From assembly GCF_036321535.1 (NCBI RefSeq), contig NC_087445.1, positions 46,686,001-46,750,000 on the forward strand: a DNA stretch of 64,000 bases, written 5' to 3'. This DNA is from Camelus dromedarius. Lineage: Eukaryota. Below the pieces are notes generated by a model. It ran no database searches. It had not been told where the DNA came from and was given only the letters and a program-made list of their open reading frames with translations. Within the stretch, counting starts at the first letter, position 1. The number at the start of each line of letters is the position of its first letter. This document shows, piece after piece, positions 12,921 through 23,905 of this stretch. The translations under genes and the position numbers were made by a program.

Positions 12921-13892
12921 TCAGCTGGGTGCGGGCTGGCTGTTGGCGTAGGCCTGGTCTGGAAAGGAAGCCCGGGCTCTGCGGGTCTGGGCACACACTG
13001 AGGCGTAGAGCTCCGGCTCGGGGCCCGACGCCTGGGGCTTTGGCTCAGAATCCAGCACCACCTCCGAGTACTTGATGGGGCTTCCAGGGCTGGGGATCCG
13101 ACCCTGAGGAGGCCGCAGCTGCAGGCTAGTGTAGCACATCACCTCCTCTGCAGCCTGGAGATGCAAGACTGTTAGAAGTTCACTGGACCCTAGAAAAATC
13201 CCCCACTTCCTTCCCTCCCCTCTTCTTCAGCTACAACTGACTTACCCTGGCGGGGCCTCCAGGTGTTGGATCCTGTTGGTCTGGCCCTGGTTCTTGAGAC
13301 AGCCGTCCTGGGACAGGGAACAGGAATCTGGTCACTTCTCATTCCTCCCCCTGCACCCCCTCATCCCACACACCCAGGACCTGACCACTGTTCCCCTCCC
13401 GTCTGCCAGCTTCCTACCTGTCTGCAGATAATGTAGGTTCCCATACAGAGGGACGTCTTCCACAGACTCTCCAGAGCTGCAACACAGAGTTTAGGGGATT
13501 AGTGGGGACTTCTTGGTAAGAGGGAACTCTTGATCAACCCATCTCTGTTACCCCCCACTCACCGTCCGTTTCCCAGATGGCTCTTGCTCCGGCCACTAGT
13601 CCACTGGGACAAGTGCACAGCCAATGAGATGAGAAGCAGCAGTGTCACAGCTCCTAAGAGGGCCCACAGTACCGAGCCCTCGGTCAAAGAGGGGATTCCT
13701 GTGGATGTGAGAGGTTGTGGGGGTTTTACTGCCCAGCCTACCCCTCCAGGTCCCAGCAGGTGGGACATGGGGCCACATGACCCCTCCTCCTGCCCCTGCC
13801 CCGCCCAGCTCACCAGGTGCTAGCCGATCCGTATCCGTGCAATTGTCACTTCTGCTCTGGACTGCTAATGTGGAAGCCAGAACTGCAAGCAT
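12921..13892 (-). CDS. SIT1: Signaling threshold-regulating transmembrane adaptor 1, 5 exons, 189 aa
   Basis: Exons 13892-13814, 13698-13563, 13476-13418, 13307-13246, 13154-12921 (570 nt), all GT-AG. NCT sequon, TM WALLGAVTLLLLISLAV, tyrosine motifs YGNL, YTSL, YSEV, YASV, YANS. Start ATG inferred (see findings). Confidence 0.95.
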
Positions 13893-14739
13893 CCTGCCCT
13901 GAGTGGAGGGGCTAGCCTGGTTTATGGCCTGACAGCTGCTGCAGTCCCCCTTACTCCCACCCCTCCCTGGACTTGGCCCCCACAGCTCAGCATCTCCAAT
14001 ACTGGTGGTGGCAAAGTCACCGGTTTCCGGGGAGGAAGGGGGAGGGGAAGGATGAGTGAAAGAACAAAGACACCGCCCTGTGCCTGCACCTGCACCACCC
14101 CACAGCTCCCAGGCTTCCGCCCCCACCCTAGTCCCCAGGCCTTGCACCCTCTTCAGGCATAGAAGATAGATGCAGGCTTCAGTTTACTGAATCACTGGGC
14201 AGGTGAGCTCATGAAGACCTTGACGGGGGCAGAAGTGGCTTGAGGCAGTACCAATAAGACAAGGAAGCCAGGCCTTATGACAGAGATTCCTTTCTGCCCC
14301 AGCGTGTCTGCTTTTTTCTCCAACTCGGAATCCCATGACAGAGAATGTATTTCTCAATGAACATGCTCTGAAGTGCAGTGGGATGGGGAGGCCCCCCTGA
14401 TACCTACAATCTCACCACACCCAAAGTCTGACCCAAGGGACGTGTATTAAGATGATCTTTGTCATTGTTACTATTACTGGTATAATTGTTTGGGGGATAC
14501 AGGAAGCTTGATTTCCTCCTCCTGACCCACTTCGTCCAACTGTCCCTAAGAACCCTTAATCTCAAAAGTTAGTTGAATTAAAGAAAACTGCCCCAGTCCT
14601 ATCCTGGGCAATAGCCCTGTCTTTGCACTTGTTCACTTCATGGAGCGGTGGGGTACCTGCCCTGCCCCGAGACAGCCCAATGATGTGGGAAGTTATTGAT
14701 GTGGGAAGAGGGATTTTCAGTTCCTAATATAAACCTTAG

Positions 14740-15800
14740 ATCAGAGGTCAGAAATATGTTTTGTCTGGCCCATACAATGTTTTTAAAAATTTTTAAATTA
14801 TTTAAGTAATGTGCTAGGGATGGGGATGGCGGAGGTCCTACCCCTCCCCGCAGGCAATAAGACGGTATTGTCTATAGAGAATTGAAAAACAAAATTGACT
14901 GAAATTCAGTATCTTTTTATCACCATGTTCCAGCAATTCTAAAAAATATCAATGATAAAATATTCCTTTCTGGAAAATATTTTGTAGATCTATGTTCCAA
15001 ATTGCTGCGGTTACTGATGAGTTTTTTTTTTTTTTAATGGTATCTCTTTGGGTTTGTTTTTTTTAAACTTTTTTTTATTGGGTTATGGTCATTTTACAAT
15101 GTTGTGTCAAATTCCAGTGTAGAGCACAATTTTTCAGTAATACATGAACATATATATTCATTGTCACAATTTTTTTTCCCTGTGAACTGATGAGTTTTTA
15201 ATACCATATAAGCTTCAAATTAGCATGTTTGTATTACTTATCTTTTAAACATAATCTACATGGAACCAAGTTATACAACTGGCTTCTGACACAAGCAGGT
15301 TCATCTACATGTGTTTACATCTAGAATTAGTTCTTAACAATTTGGAATTGTTCTTTGGTTTGGGCACAATTTCAGTCTCTAACCCCTATGATATTACATA
15401 TTCTTGCAGTTAACAAGTAGGTTTAAAATAAACAATGATAGCACAGTGATTGAAAAGCCAAATAAATTGAGCTTGAGTTACTTCAATTCTGTCATTCTAG
15501 GTAACCACTTACTTTTTATTTATACTGAAAATTTCTGGAATTTATTGTGAAAAGGAATTTTTATGAATCTTTGCCAAACATCCTTATGTTTAAGACTTTT
15601 CCTATTTGTATGTCTGTTGCTTCATGTGAAGGAAATTTTTTTGAAATGAAGATAAAAATAAGGTAGTCTTTAATCAACTATGTATGGAAATTGACAAATC
15701 TAGCTATATTCTCTATTGGATATAAATATGCAAAGATTACTTTTGACAAATTTGCAGAAGTTAACTCTAAAAAAAGAAATTAGTGTTATTCATCAGACAG
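14740..15800 (+). mobile_element. hAT DNA transposon remnant (Zaphod/Tip100-like transposase C-terminus at about 15590-15790)
   Basis: Degraded SVASCEGNF ... LTNLAIFSI ... FDKFAEV, resembling the hAT dimerisation domain. Confidence 0.55.
15027..15185 (-). mobile_element. Severely 5'-truncated young L1 3' end with 14-bp TSD
   Basis: TSD ACTGATGAGTTTTT at 15013-15026 and 15186-15199; body matches the 3' end of the L1 at 28870-29663; canonical TT/AAAA endonuclease site on - strand. Confidence 0.85.
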
Positions 15801-17024
15801 GTTAATATGTAGGTATCAGGTTTTTGCCCCTTTCTCAAAAAATACAATAATGTAACTAAGAAATACTAACCCATGACCCTTTCTTGTTTTATATCTTTAA
15901 TTTTTAACAACTCTTTAATTTTTTTTTTATTGAAGCATAGTTGATTTACAGTGTTCTGTTAGTTTTTGGTGTATGGCTTAGTGGTTCAGTCATACATATA
16001 TTTTAACTACTTTTTTATATTGTCATGATTATATCTACAGAGTTCAATTAAAAAGAGTAATTCACTGTCTGAATTTCTGGCCCTTATTATTATTACTTTT
16101 CTGTACCCTATTATTTGTTTCATTTCCTGATTATTACTGAAAATAATTTTGTCATGTGGAAGAGGACTTTTTAAAAATGATCCACTCAGGTGTCAAATAT
16201 GCAAAATATGTCACTGATTCCTTCTCAGCACTAAAAAAATGAGAGATTTGCAACTTTAAAAAAATCTCAATTTGTTGATCTTTTGGGGAAAAAATGAGAA
16301 GACCTGAAATAGTGAACCCTAATTCCCTAAAGGCAAAAGCCAGCTGGGAGCCATTTATCATATTATACATGGACCGAACCACTTATTTACATTGATTTTG
16401 TCAACTGGCTTAGAGTCGGGGTTTGGACTACTCTGCTCTGCAGCCCAGGCTGCCTCTGGGTAGTCGGCTAGAGGGACATTTCTGGATGCGGGTCTCTCTC
16501 TGCCCCTGCCTCCTTATTAAACACATGTTCCTTATTCATGAAATACACAATACGGATTGCGTGCTTATGTGCCAAGCTCTGGAGATACAAATGTGAGTGG
16601 GAAATGGTTTCTTTCCTCCAAGAGTTTTTGGTCTGATTAGGAAGACGACCCTATGTACGGCAGACAATTAAAAGACAGTGTTGAATGGAGGAAAACTACC
16701 CAAGTCGGCCTGTAGAAGTCGTGGAAGGCAAGGAGGGGGAAGGGCTGGGGTGGGTGGGGATGTGAGGCAGATGATCGGGAGACAAAAGGGTTGAAATCTC
16801 CACCCGGCTTCTCACCTGATTACTAACTTAACCTTCCTGAACCTTAGTTTCCTTATTCTTTAAAATAATTATGTAATATATATCATATACCTGTTGGGTC
16901 GTTTTGAACAGGTTAATTTCATTCACCGAGGATTCACGGCAAAGAAAGAGATATGGCCCCTGATCTCATGGAATTTACAATCTAGCGAGTAGTTCAGGGG
17001 TGTAACTTGCAACTTTCTAAAGGT

Positions 17025-17029
17025 AAAAA
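17025..17029 (-). terminator. RMRP: Pol III terminator (T5) of RMRP
   Basis: GCGCGGCTA followed by TTTTT on - strand. Confidence 0.85.
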
Positions 17030-17308
17030 TAGCCGCGCTGAGAATGAGCCCCGTGTGGTTGGTACGCGCGTAAGGCGCACTGCCTGCGTAACTTTAAGAT
17101 CTGACGGATGACAACCACCTACAGCACGCCGCTCGGCTCCCCGCAAGGGCGGGTTCGCTTCTTGGCGGTTTTAACCGTGGAAGTAGGGGGAGGTCTACGT
17201 GCACGCGCACGCGGCACTCTCTGCCAGAGGTCCGGGGACTTTCCCCTAGGCGAAAGTAAGGAACTAGTCCCTCGTGTGTTGCCTAGGAAACAGGCCTTCA
17301 GCACGAGC
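17030..17308 (-). ncRNA. RMRP: RNase MRP RNA
   Basis: - strand GCTCGTGCTGAAGGCCTGTTTCCTAGGC...CCTAGGGGAAAGTCCCCGGACC...GTCATCCGTCAG...CCAACCACACGGGGCTCATTCTCAGCGCGGCT; about 279 nt; syntenic position. Confidence 0.98.
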
Positions 17309-17335
17309 TCTACGAGTAGGTCTCGCGTTCTAACC

Positions 17336-17377
17336 TTTTATAGCACGAAGAGGAAATTAAATTTTTGGTTAGGGTGA
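17336..17377 (-). promoter_or_regulatory. RMRP: RMRP type-3 Pol III core promoter: TATA box and PSE
   Basis: TATAAAA at 17342-17336 (-34..-28); PSE TCACCCTAACCAAAAAT at 17377-17361. Confidence 0.9.
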
Positions 17378-17519
17378 GGATTTTGGTGGCATGGGAAATA
17401 AAAACAACTATCCGGTATATCTTCCTGGTAGGCTTCTGGAGACATTCGGGCTGAACAATACCTAAATAGAGCTAAGAAGTGAACAACTCTTAAATGAACT
17501 AAAGAGGGCCCAGAGGCCT

Positions 17520-17603
17520 ATGCAAAACTAGCCCCGCCCACACACTGGGTGGGCGTGGCCTCTCTGGAGGCCGGAGGGGGTGGGCGGGGGCGCGCGCGTG
17601 CGC
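17520..17603. promoter_or_regulatory. RMRP distal element / CCDC107 promoter: variant octamer, GC boxes, NRF1-like site
   Basis: ATGCAAAA 17520-17527 (about -212 from RMRP start), CCCCGCCC and GGGCGTGG boxes, GCGCGTGCGC 17594-17603. Confidence 0.65.
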
Positions 17604-17661
17604 GCATGGGTGCGTCCGGCCAAAGGCGGTGCTACCCGGGTTGTGCCGGTTTCGGCCTGCA

Positions 17662-20138
17662 ATGGCGAGGGTGGTGTTGCTCGTGGGTGTGCTGGGGCTG
17701 CTACTTGTGTCTGCGCTGCCCGAGGTCCTCGGAGACCGCCCCAGCCCTGAGCACTGGACACACCCAGGTACCAGCGAGGGCTGCTGGAGGGAGGCAGGGA
17801 CTGCCCCTGGGTCCCAGGCGCCAGCTTTACTGATCTCCCTCTGCCCTCCTCCTCAGGGGACGCCGCCCAGGTCAGCCTTGGGGCCACGGAACCCCGGCGG
17901 CGGTTGCCGCCGCCCAGGGACCAGCGCGAGAGGGCTCGGGCCGGGGCTCTGCCCTTGGGGGCGCTGTACACCGCGGCCGTCGTGGCTTTTGTGCTGTTCA
18001 AGTGTTTGCAGGTGCGGGACGACCAGGGGTGGGGATGCCCCGGGCCTGAATCTCCCATGGGGGCGCTGTGGTACCAAGAACGAGACATTTTCCCGTCAGT
18101 CTGAAATGAAGACGGTTCCCTCGTTTTCCAACATTACGGGGTTATTCTGAACATTCAGCAAGGTAATGGACTTGAAAGGCACTTGGTAAATTGTAGGTAA
18201 ATAATGACCATCACTTTTAATACTCCCAACAATCCAGCGAAGAGATTTAGTACTTGCTCAAGGTCACCCAAAGCTAGTAACTGGTAGAATTGGGATTTGA
18301 ACCCAGCAAATGTTCAGACTACAATTAAGTGCAATTCCTGGTGAGATTGCAGCCTTGGCACGAGCAGCTGATAACTGTAGCCTAAGTGTTTTTAGAGTTC
18401 GAGGTACCAAGCAGCCTCATGTTCTCCTTGGGATAGAGGCCCTGAAATGTGAACTGACAGTACATTTTAGTGGATTGAAACTGTTGAAATGGAAAGTAGT
18501 ACTTCCCAGGGCTCTTTTCAGCCCTGGCCCTATCACTTACTTACATTGGGAAACAAGGCTGAACCAATTTGGAGATGATGTGAAACAAGGAGGGATAGGT
18601 AATCATGATCCCTAATAGACTTGACAGGCTACGATGAGAGACTGAATTTAATGATGAAATTTAACAAGGGTAGATTCTATTCTTTTGAATTCTTGGGCTC
18701 AAATATATAGTCTGAAAGGAACACAATTTAGTAGCAGTTATTAGTTGAACTGATAGAAGTTCGGTTGTGTGGTGTGACAACCTACTTCCCAAACCAATGC
18801 TAGGAACAAGATATTGTGCCTTATTTTCTAATCGAAACACTCCTCGAGAATTTTTTTCTCTTGAGGGCACTGTTTTAAGAGCACAGTACATGCTCAGTAA
18901 AGCAACCAGAGAAAAGGTTGAATGAGCACTGACTGAAGAAGATTGGCACTATTAAACCAGACAAGACATAAGGAAAGGGGCAGGAGGTACGACCATTGCC
19001 TTCAAATTCATGAGGGGCTGTCAGGGCTATCATGGTGAAAACATGATTTTGGAAGGCTCTAATCAGCACCGTGAAAAGATACACGAAGGACTGTTTTTGA
19101 CTTTGTATATAAAGTAACAACCAGAGCTTTATAAAACTGGAGAGAGCTGCTCCTTCCCAGAGATGTTTCCCTAGACTGTCCACATGTGGGGGTTACGGGC
19201 ATGTTGCTTCCTGTCTTGGGTGAGGAGCTGGACTGGATGTGATTATTATTCTCTGAGGGAAAAACCCACTAAGTGCTCTCTACCTGAAATTCTCCTCATA
19301 CTGCCTTTGGAGACTGAGGCTATAGAGAACCTGGTTGCTGCAGTATTGCCCTTTCCTTGTTCCACAGCAGGGGAAAGATGAGGCTGCTGTTCTCCAAGAG
19401 GAGGCAAGCAGGAAGGAATTACTGCAGTCAGGTGGGTTTTGCAGAAGTGTGTGCTTGGTGGGGGGTGAGGGGACAGCAGAAGGTAAATAACCATTGCTCT
19501 CCTTTTCTCCCTTACCCCTAGAGCAACAGCTGACGCAACAGCTGGCCCAGACAGAGCAACACCTGAATAGTCTGATGGCCCAGCTGGACCCCCTTTTTGA
19601 GCGGTAAGGAGGAGTGATCCTGTGGCCAGGGGAACTTGTGGTGGGTGGGAGTGGTGGGGGCATCAATTGGGCAGCTGTGTGGACATATCTGCAGTGTGAC
19701 GACCTTGGCGGGAGCCCAGCAGGAGCTTCTGCAAGTAAAGCTACAGACCATCCACCAGCTGCTACAAGAGAGCAAGCCAAACAAGGGTGTGGAGGTTCCA
19801 GAACCAGGTAAAAGGTTGGGAGGTGAGAGTCTGGTGGAGTTAAAGACAAAGCCTCTGACACTGGAACGTGCCTGATCTTCCCCCTCACAGAGGCCAGCAC
19901 ACCCTTTCCTGAGGATTTATGTATAGAGGAGGATGAGGAAGAGGATGGTGACAGTCAGGCCTGGGAGGAGCCCCTAAACTGGAGCGCAGGGACAAGGAAC
20001 CTAGCTACTCCCAAGGAAGTGGTGCAGGGGCTAAGGAGAAGATGCAGAAAGGCTGCAGCCAAGGGCCCCAGGCACAGCCCCTACCTGGAAGGAGGGACAG
20101 CAGCTGACGGTTTAGTAAAACAAAGTCTGTTCTTGTGA
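17662..20138 (+). CDS. CCDC107: Coiled-coil domain-containing protein 107, 6 exons, 254 aa
   Basis: Exons 17662-17767, 17857-18011, 19371-19431, 19522-19603, 19695-19807, 19891-20138 (765 nt). Signal peptide, TM ALYTAAVVAFVLFKCL, coiled coil QQLAQTEQHLNSLMAQLDPLFERV, C-terminus KQSLFL. Confidence 0.93.
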
Positions 20139-20180
20139 CTGGATGCTCCTGTGTGCTTTTTCCATTCCAGCTGGACGGGG

Positions 20181-20200
20181 ACACACACACACACACACAC
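20181..20200. repeat. (AC)10 microsatellite in CCDC107 3' UTR
   Basis: Directly visible. Confidence 0.95.
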
Positions 20201-20455
20201 CCACTCCTACCCCCACATCCATACTAGGTGCCTAAGAACAACTGGGCCTTCTTGAAAATCTTCCCTTATTAGGACAAAAAGAGGCCGCCTTCCAGTGCAG
20301 GAACCGAGAAGATAGAGGGAGCTCCAGTCCTTTTCTTTGTATTCCTGAGGCCACCATCGTGCCAGCCTTCAGGGCACAAAAATCCCTTTCCTCTTATGGC
20401 ATAGCTGAGAAAGACTTCTCCAAAAGGAAAAGACTTTACTAAAATCCAGTGGGAA

Positions 20456-20461
20456 AATAAA
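20456..20461 (+). terminator. CCDC107: CCDC107 polyadenylation signal AATAAA
   Basis: First canonical hexamer seen after the stop. Confidence 0.55.
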
Positions 20462-20785
20462 TTATAGAAACCACATACAACATAAAAATAGCCACAGTTG
20501 CACAGCTGCAACCGTGATAAATGGCTGTCCACAGACACAGCATCGAGGGTCTCAGTCCCAAATCCCCTCCTCTGAGTTGGAGGGACTGGTTCAGCAGAGG
20601 TTCAGTTGGGTCAGACTTGGTGTCCTGATTCTTAAGAGCTGATCAAGTGACCTGGCTGTCTTGGTCCCAGGCAGACACAAAATGACCATGAAGAGTCTGT
20701 GTTAGTACTGGAGAAGATTTCTTTGTATTCCAGACGCTGACCTAATCCCTGAGGCATCCTGGACTCTGGAATTTGTCAGATTCCT

Positions 20786-23700
20786 CTAGTTCTTCTGGTT
20801 GCTGTGGAGAGATGATAGTTTAGGCAGTGGCATGAGCACTCTGTTCTGACAAAATCACCCGCAGGGTTGCATGGGAGCGAGGGGGACCCAGACAGATGTA
20901 AGACATGAGATAGGCTGGGAACTGCTTGTGGGCCTCATTACAGCACTCTTCCCAAGGGTAGACAGCTTACCTGATGGCCAGAGTCAGACTGTGGTACCAG
21001 CCCAACAGCTCCTCCTGGTCTGTGGACATAAGCAGTAGCTTCTCATGTGGAAAGGACAGCTAGGGAGAGACCGCTTCTTAGCGCATTGGCTCAGAAAGAT
21101 CCAGGCATAAGCTGAAGGCCTTGCTGTTTCCATGGAAGTTAATTTAGGGCTAAGGTGAGAACTTAAAACCCCCCAGGGCCAGTATCCTCTCAATGTAGGT
21201 GGCTCAGTTCCTATGAGTGGGGCCCAGACCAAGGAGATGAACAGTGCACAGACACTTGAGGTATATTTTGGGCTTCTCCTACCTTACCTAGGGCTTTCGC
21301 CTGTTACTTACACTGAGCAGTCCACCACAAGGGCCTCCTGAGTGGCCAAAGACCCTGTGGAGTTGACACTCAGCCATAGGGTAGAGAGCCTGGCAGGCAA
21401 AGGTGCCACTCTGCAGCAGGTGCAATGGGGGTCGAGGCTTGGCCATGAGGAGTGCATCAGAGAAGAGGAAGAACATTCGAGGCCGAGGCTCCCCCCGGGG
21501 AGGCACCACCAACAGCCAGCCCTGGCGTAGGAACCAGCGACCTGGGGGACGGGAGAGCTGTTATTTTGGTGCAGCTCCAGGACTGTGATCCATGGAAGAG
21601 AATGAAAGGGAAGCTGAGGAAATAGAGGGTGTGTGCTGGCGATATAGTGGAAAAGAGGTGAGAAAAGGGCAGTTTGAAGATTGAGGGGGTAGCATGCAGA
21701 CTACCTGAGGTAAGCCCCTTTGCCTGCCGTCCACTGAGCAGAGCCTGGACACGCTGGAGGTGCTGGTCATTCTTCTGTTTCTGACCAATGGTGTGGACTC
21801 TCTGAGCAGTCTCACTTATCAGCCGGGCAGCCCCTGGAATAACATCCCGTGCCCCACTCCCAGCACAACTTTGACTTTGAGTGAATGGTGGTGGTGAAAG
21901 ACAGGCTATTCCGAAGAGAGCTAGGGTCAGAGTCTAACTTCTTCAAGAGTAGGTGGGGCAATAGGGACATTGTATATATGTCATTGGAAGATAGGGGCAT
22001 ATCAGACATTGTTGGAGGTCAGAACCGGAAAGGGATACAGCAGAGGCAGTCCCCAAGGACTGCTGCAGAGGAACATACTTGTGAGCTGTTCGTGGTCAGG
22101 GCTGTTAGGACCTGTGTTTTCAGCCAAAGCAACAGCAAGATTCTCATACCTGGAATTAGACAGTTGGGGAGTCTACGAGTGGAAGGAGAGCTGGCAGAAT
22201 TCCTTCTGCCTGACACACAGATCACCCCCTACACATATTTCAGTTGCAAGGAAAGATCTGCTTGTGGCTATTCCCTTCCCCCACCCCCTTTCATCTGGGA
22301 CTCAGAACCTGAGTTCACATCACATGGCCCTCCTCCATCCCAGATTGAAGAGTCAAGGGCAGACTGATCATAGTTCATGGAGGCTAGAGCCCAAGATGAA
22401 AGTTAATCAACCCAAGGAGGGTGTTGTTGGCAACCTGACTATAAGTTCTTAACTCATCCCCAGAGACAGAAATTCTAAGCTAGGCAAGCCTAGTGTCTCC
22501 TGTTGCTAGCTGTATTACAGGCCCCTCACTTCAATGTAAGTTCTACAGTTCCAGCTAAGGGCCTGAGGCTGCAGAGCCCAGATACTCCAGAGGGGTCACA
22601 CTTAGTCTTGCAAAAAAATTTTAGGAGCAACTTGTCTCAGGAGAGACACTGTGGGACAGATCTCATGGAATCCCACAAACCTGACAGCAGCAGTCAAACA
22701 GAGAAGTTGGCTAAGTCAGGGTGAGTTCACTCACTGTTGGAGCCTCTGCAGAGGCAGAGGGAGGAGGTCTTGGAGTTGAAGGCCCCCAAACTCAGGGCGG
22801 CCTTCCTGAAGTTGCACAAACTTCCGGAACCGTTTGTTCTTTAGTTGCTCCTGGAGTGATAAGGAAAGGGTTGGTAGCAGGGAGAGAAGCCACTCCTTGT
22901 ATTGTATCCTGGGTACATATCCCCAGCCATCAGGAAGCTGTGCTCCTGAGAGAACCCCGTCTCCCTACAGGGATCTTAGCACAGAGCTGGGCACCCACAG
23001 GACTCCATAAGTGCACGAAGAGTATTAATGAAGTTTGGGTCTCCAGATGAAGAGGGAATGTGTGGAGTTAAGAGGGGAAGGACCTGAGGTTATCTTCATG
23101 TTACCTGCAGGGTGGTCCGGGACCTCTCAGCGTTGGCAGCGTATTGGGTATAGAGCTTCAGGTGGGGGCAGAAGCCCTCCAGACCCTGTCCCCAGCGCCC
23201 TCCTTCGAGGTAGGGAAGCAGCTCTCTGCGTGAGTTAAGACAATAAAAGAACAGCCCCCAAACTATTCAAGCACCATCTCCTTTAATTCTCATAACCCTG
23301 CTATGGAGGTAGTGCTATTATCCCTTTTACAGTTGGAGAGCTGGGGCTGATTAAGGCACTCGGCCAAGACTACAGGTGAGGAAACTGGCAGACTCTCACT
23401 GTGAACCTGGGTCTCTCTGAGCTCCGTGCACTGCCAGAGGCCAGGGCTCTCCCTCCTTCTCCCACCCTATGCCGCGTCTACTCACTGACTAGCGCCGTAA
23501 ATGAGTTCCCAGGGCCCAAACAGGGCCTGGCGCTCTGGTGGTCGCAGGGTGCCCTTGGCTCTCAGAATCCCCACGAAGTACTGCGGGAGGAGAGAATGCC
23601 GGTTTGTAGTCCACAGACAGAGGAGGCTAATGCCAAAGCGCTACCGGAAACCAGAACTCTGCCTGAGCTCCCTACGTGCAGGCGCACAGGCCAGGGCCCA

Positions 23701-23888
23701 TCACACCCTGGGGTCCCCGCCCCATACGGGAGGGCGTGCGGGGTCCGCACCGTGGCCACCAGCCCCAGCTGTTCGTGGTAGCGCCTCTCAGTCTCCAGCA
23801 GCTCCCAGGCGGTGCAGGCGCGTTTCCGCTCCCAACGAGCACGCTGCTCTTGCACCGGGCACCGGGCACCGGGACCTAGGCTCTCCAT
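20786..23888 (-). CDS. ARHGEF39: Rho guanine nucleotide exchange factor 39 (DH-PH), 9 exons, 334 aa
   Basis: Exons 23888-23751, 23580-23486, 23225-23105, 22850-22735, 22149-22079, 21833-21705, 21541-21312, 21059-20971, 20801-20786 (1005 nt). DH motifs ELLETERRY and LLPLPLQRLQQY; PH motifs FLRQGWL and RMFFLFSD. Confidence 0.96.
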
Positions 23889-23905
23889 ACCGGCTTGAGG
23901 GTCAA

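Noticed and set aside
13596-14147. 183-aa ORF as an N-terminally extended SIT1
   Set aside because: Open frame through promoter and intron 1 with no similarity beyond exon 1; explained by GC-rich sequence.
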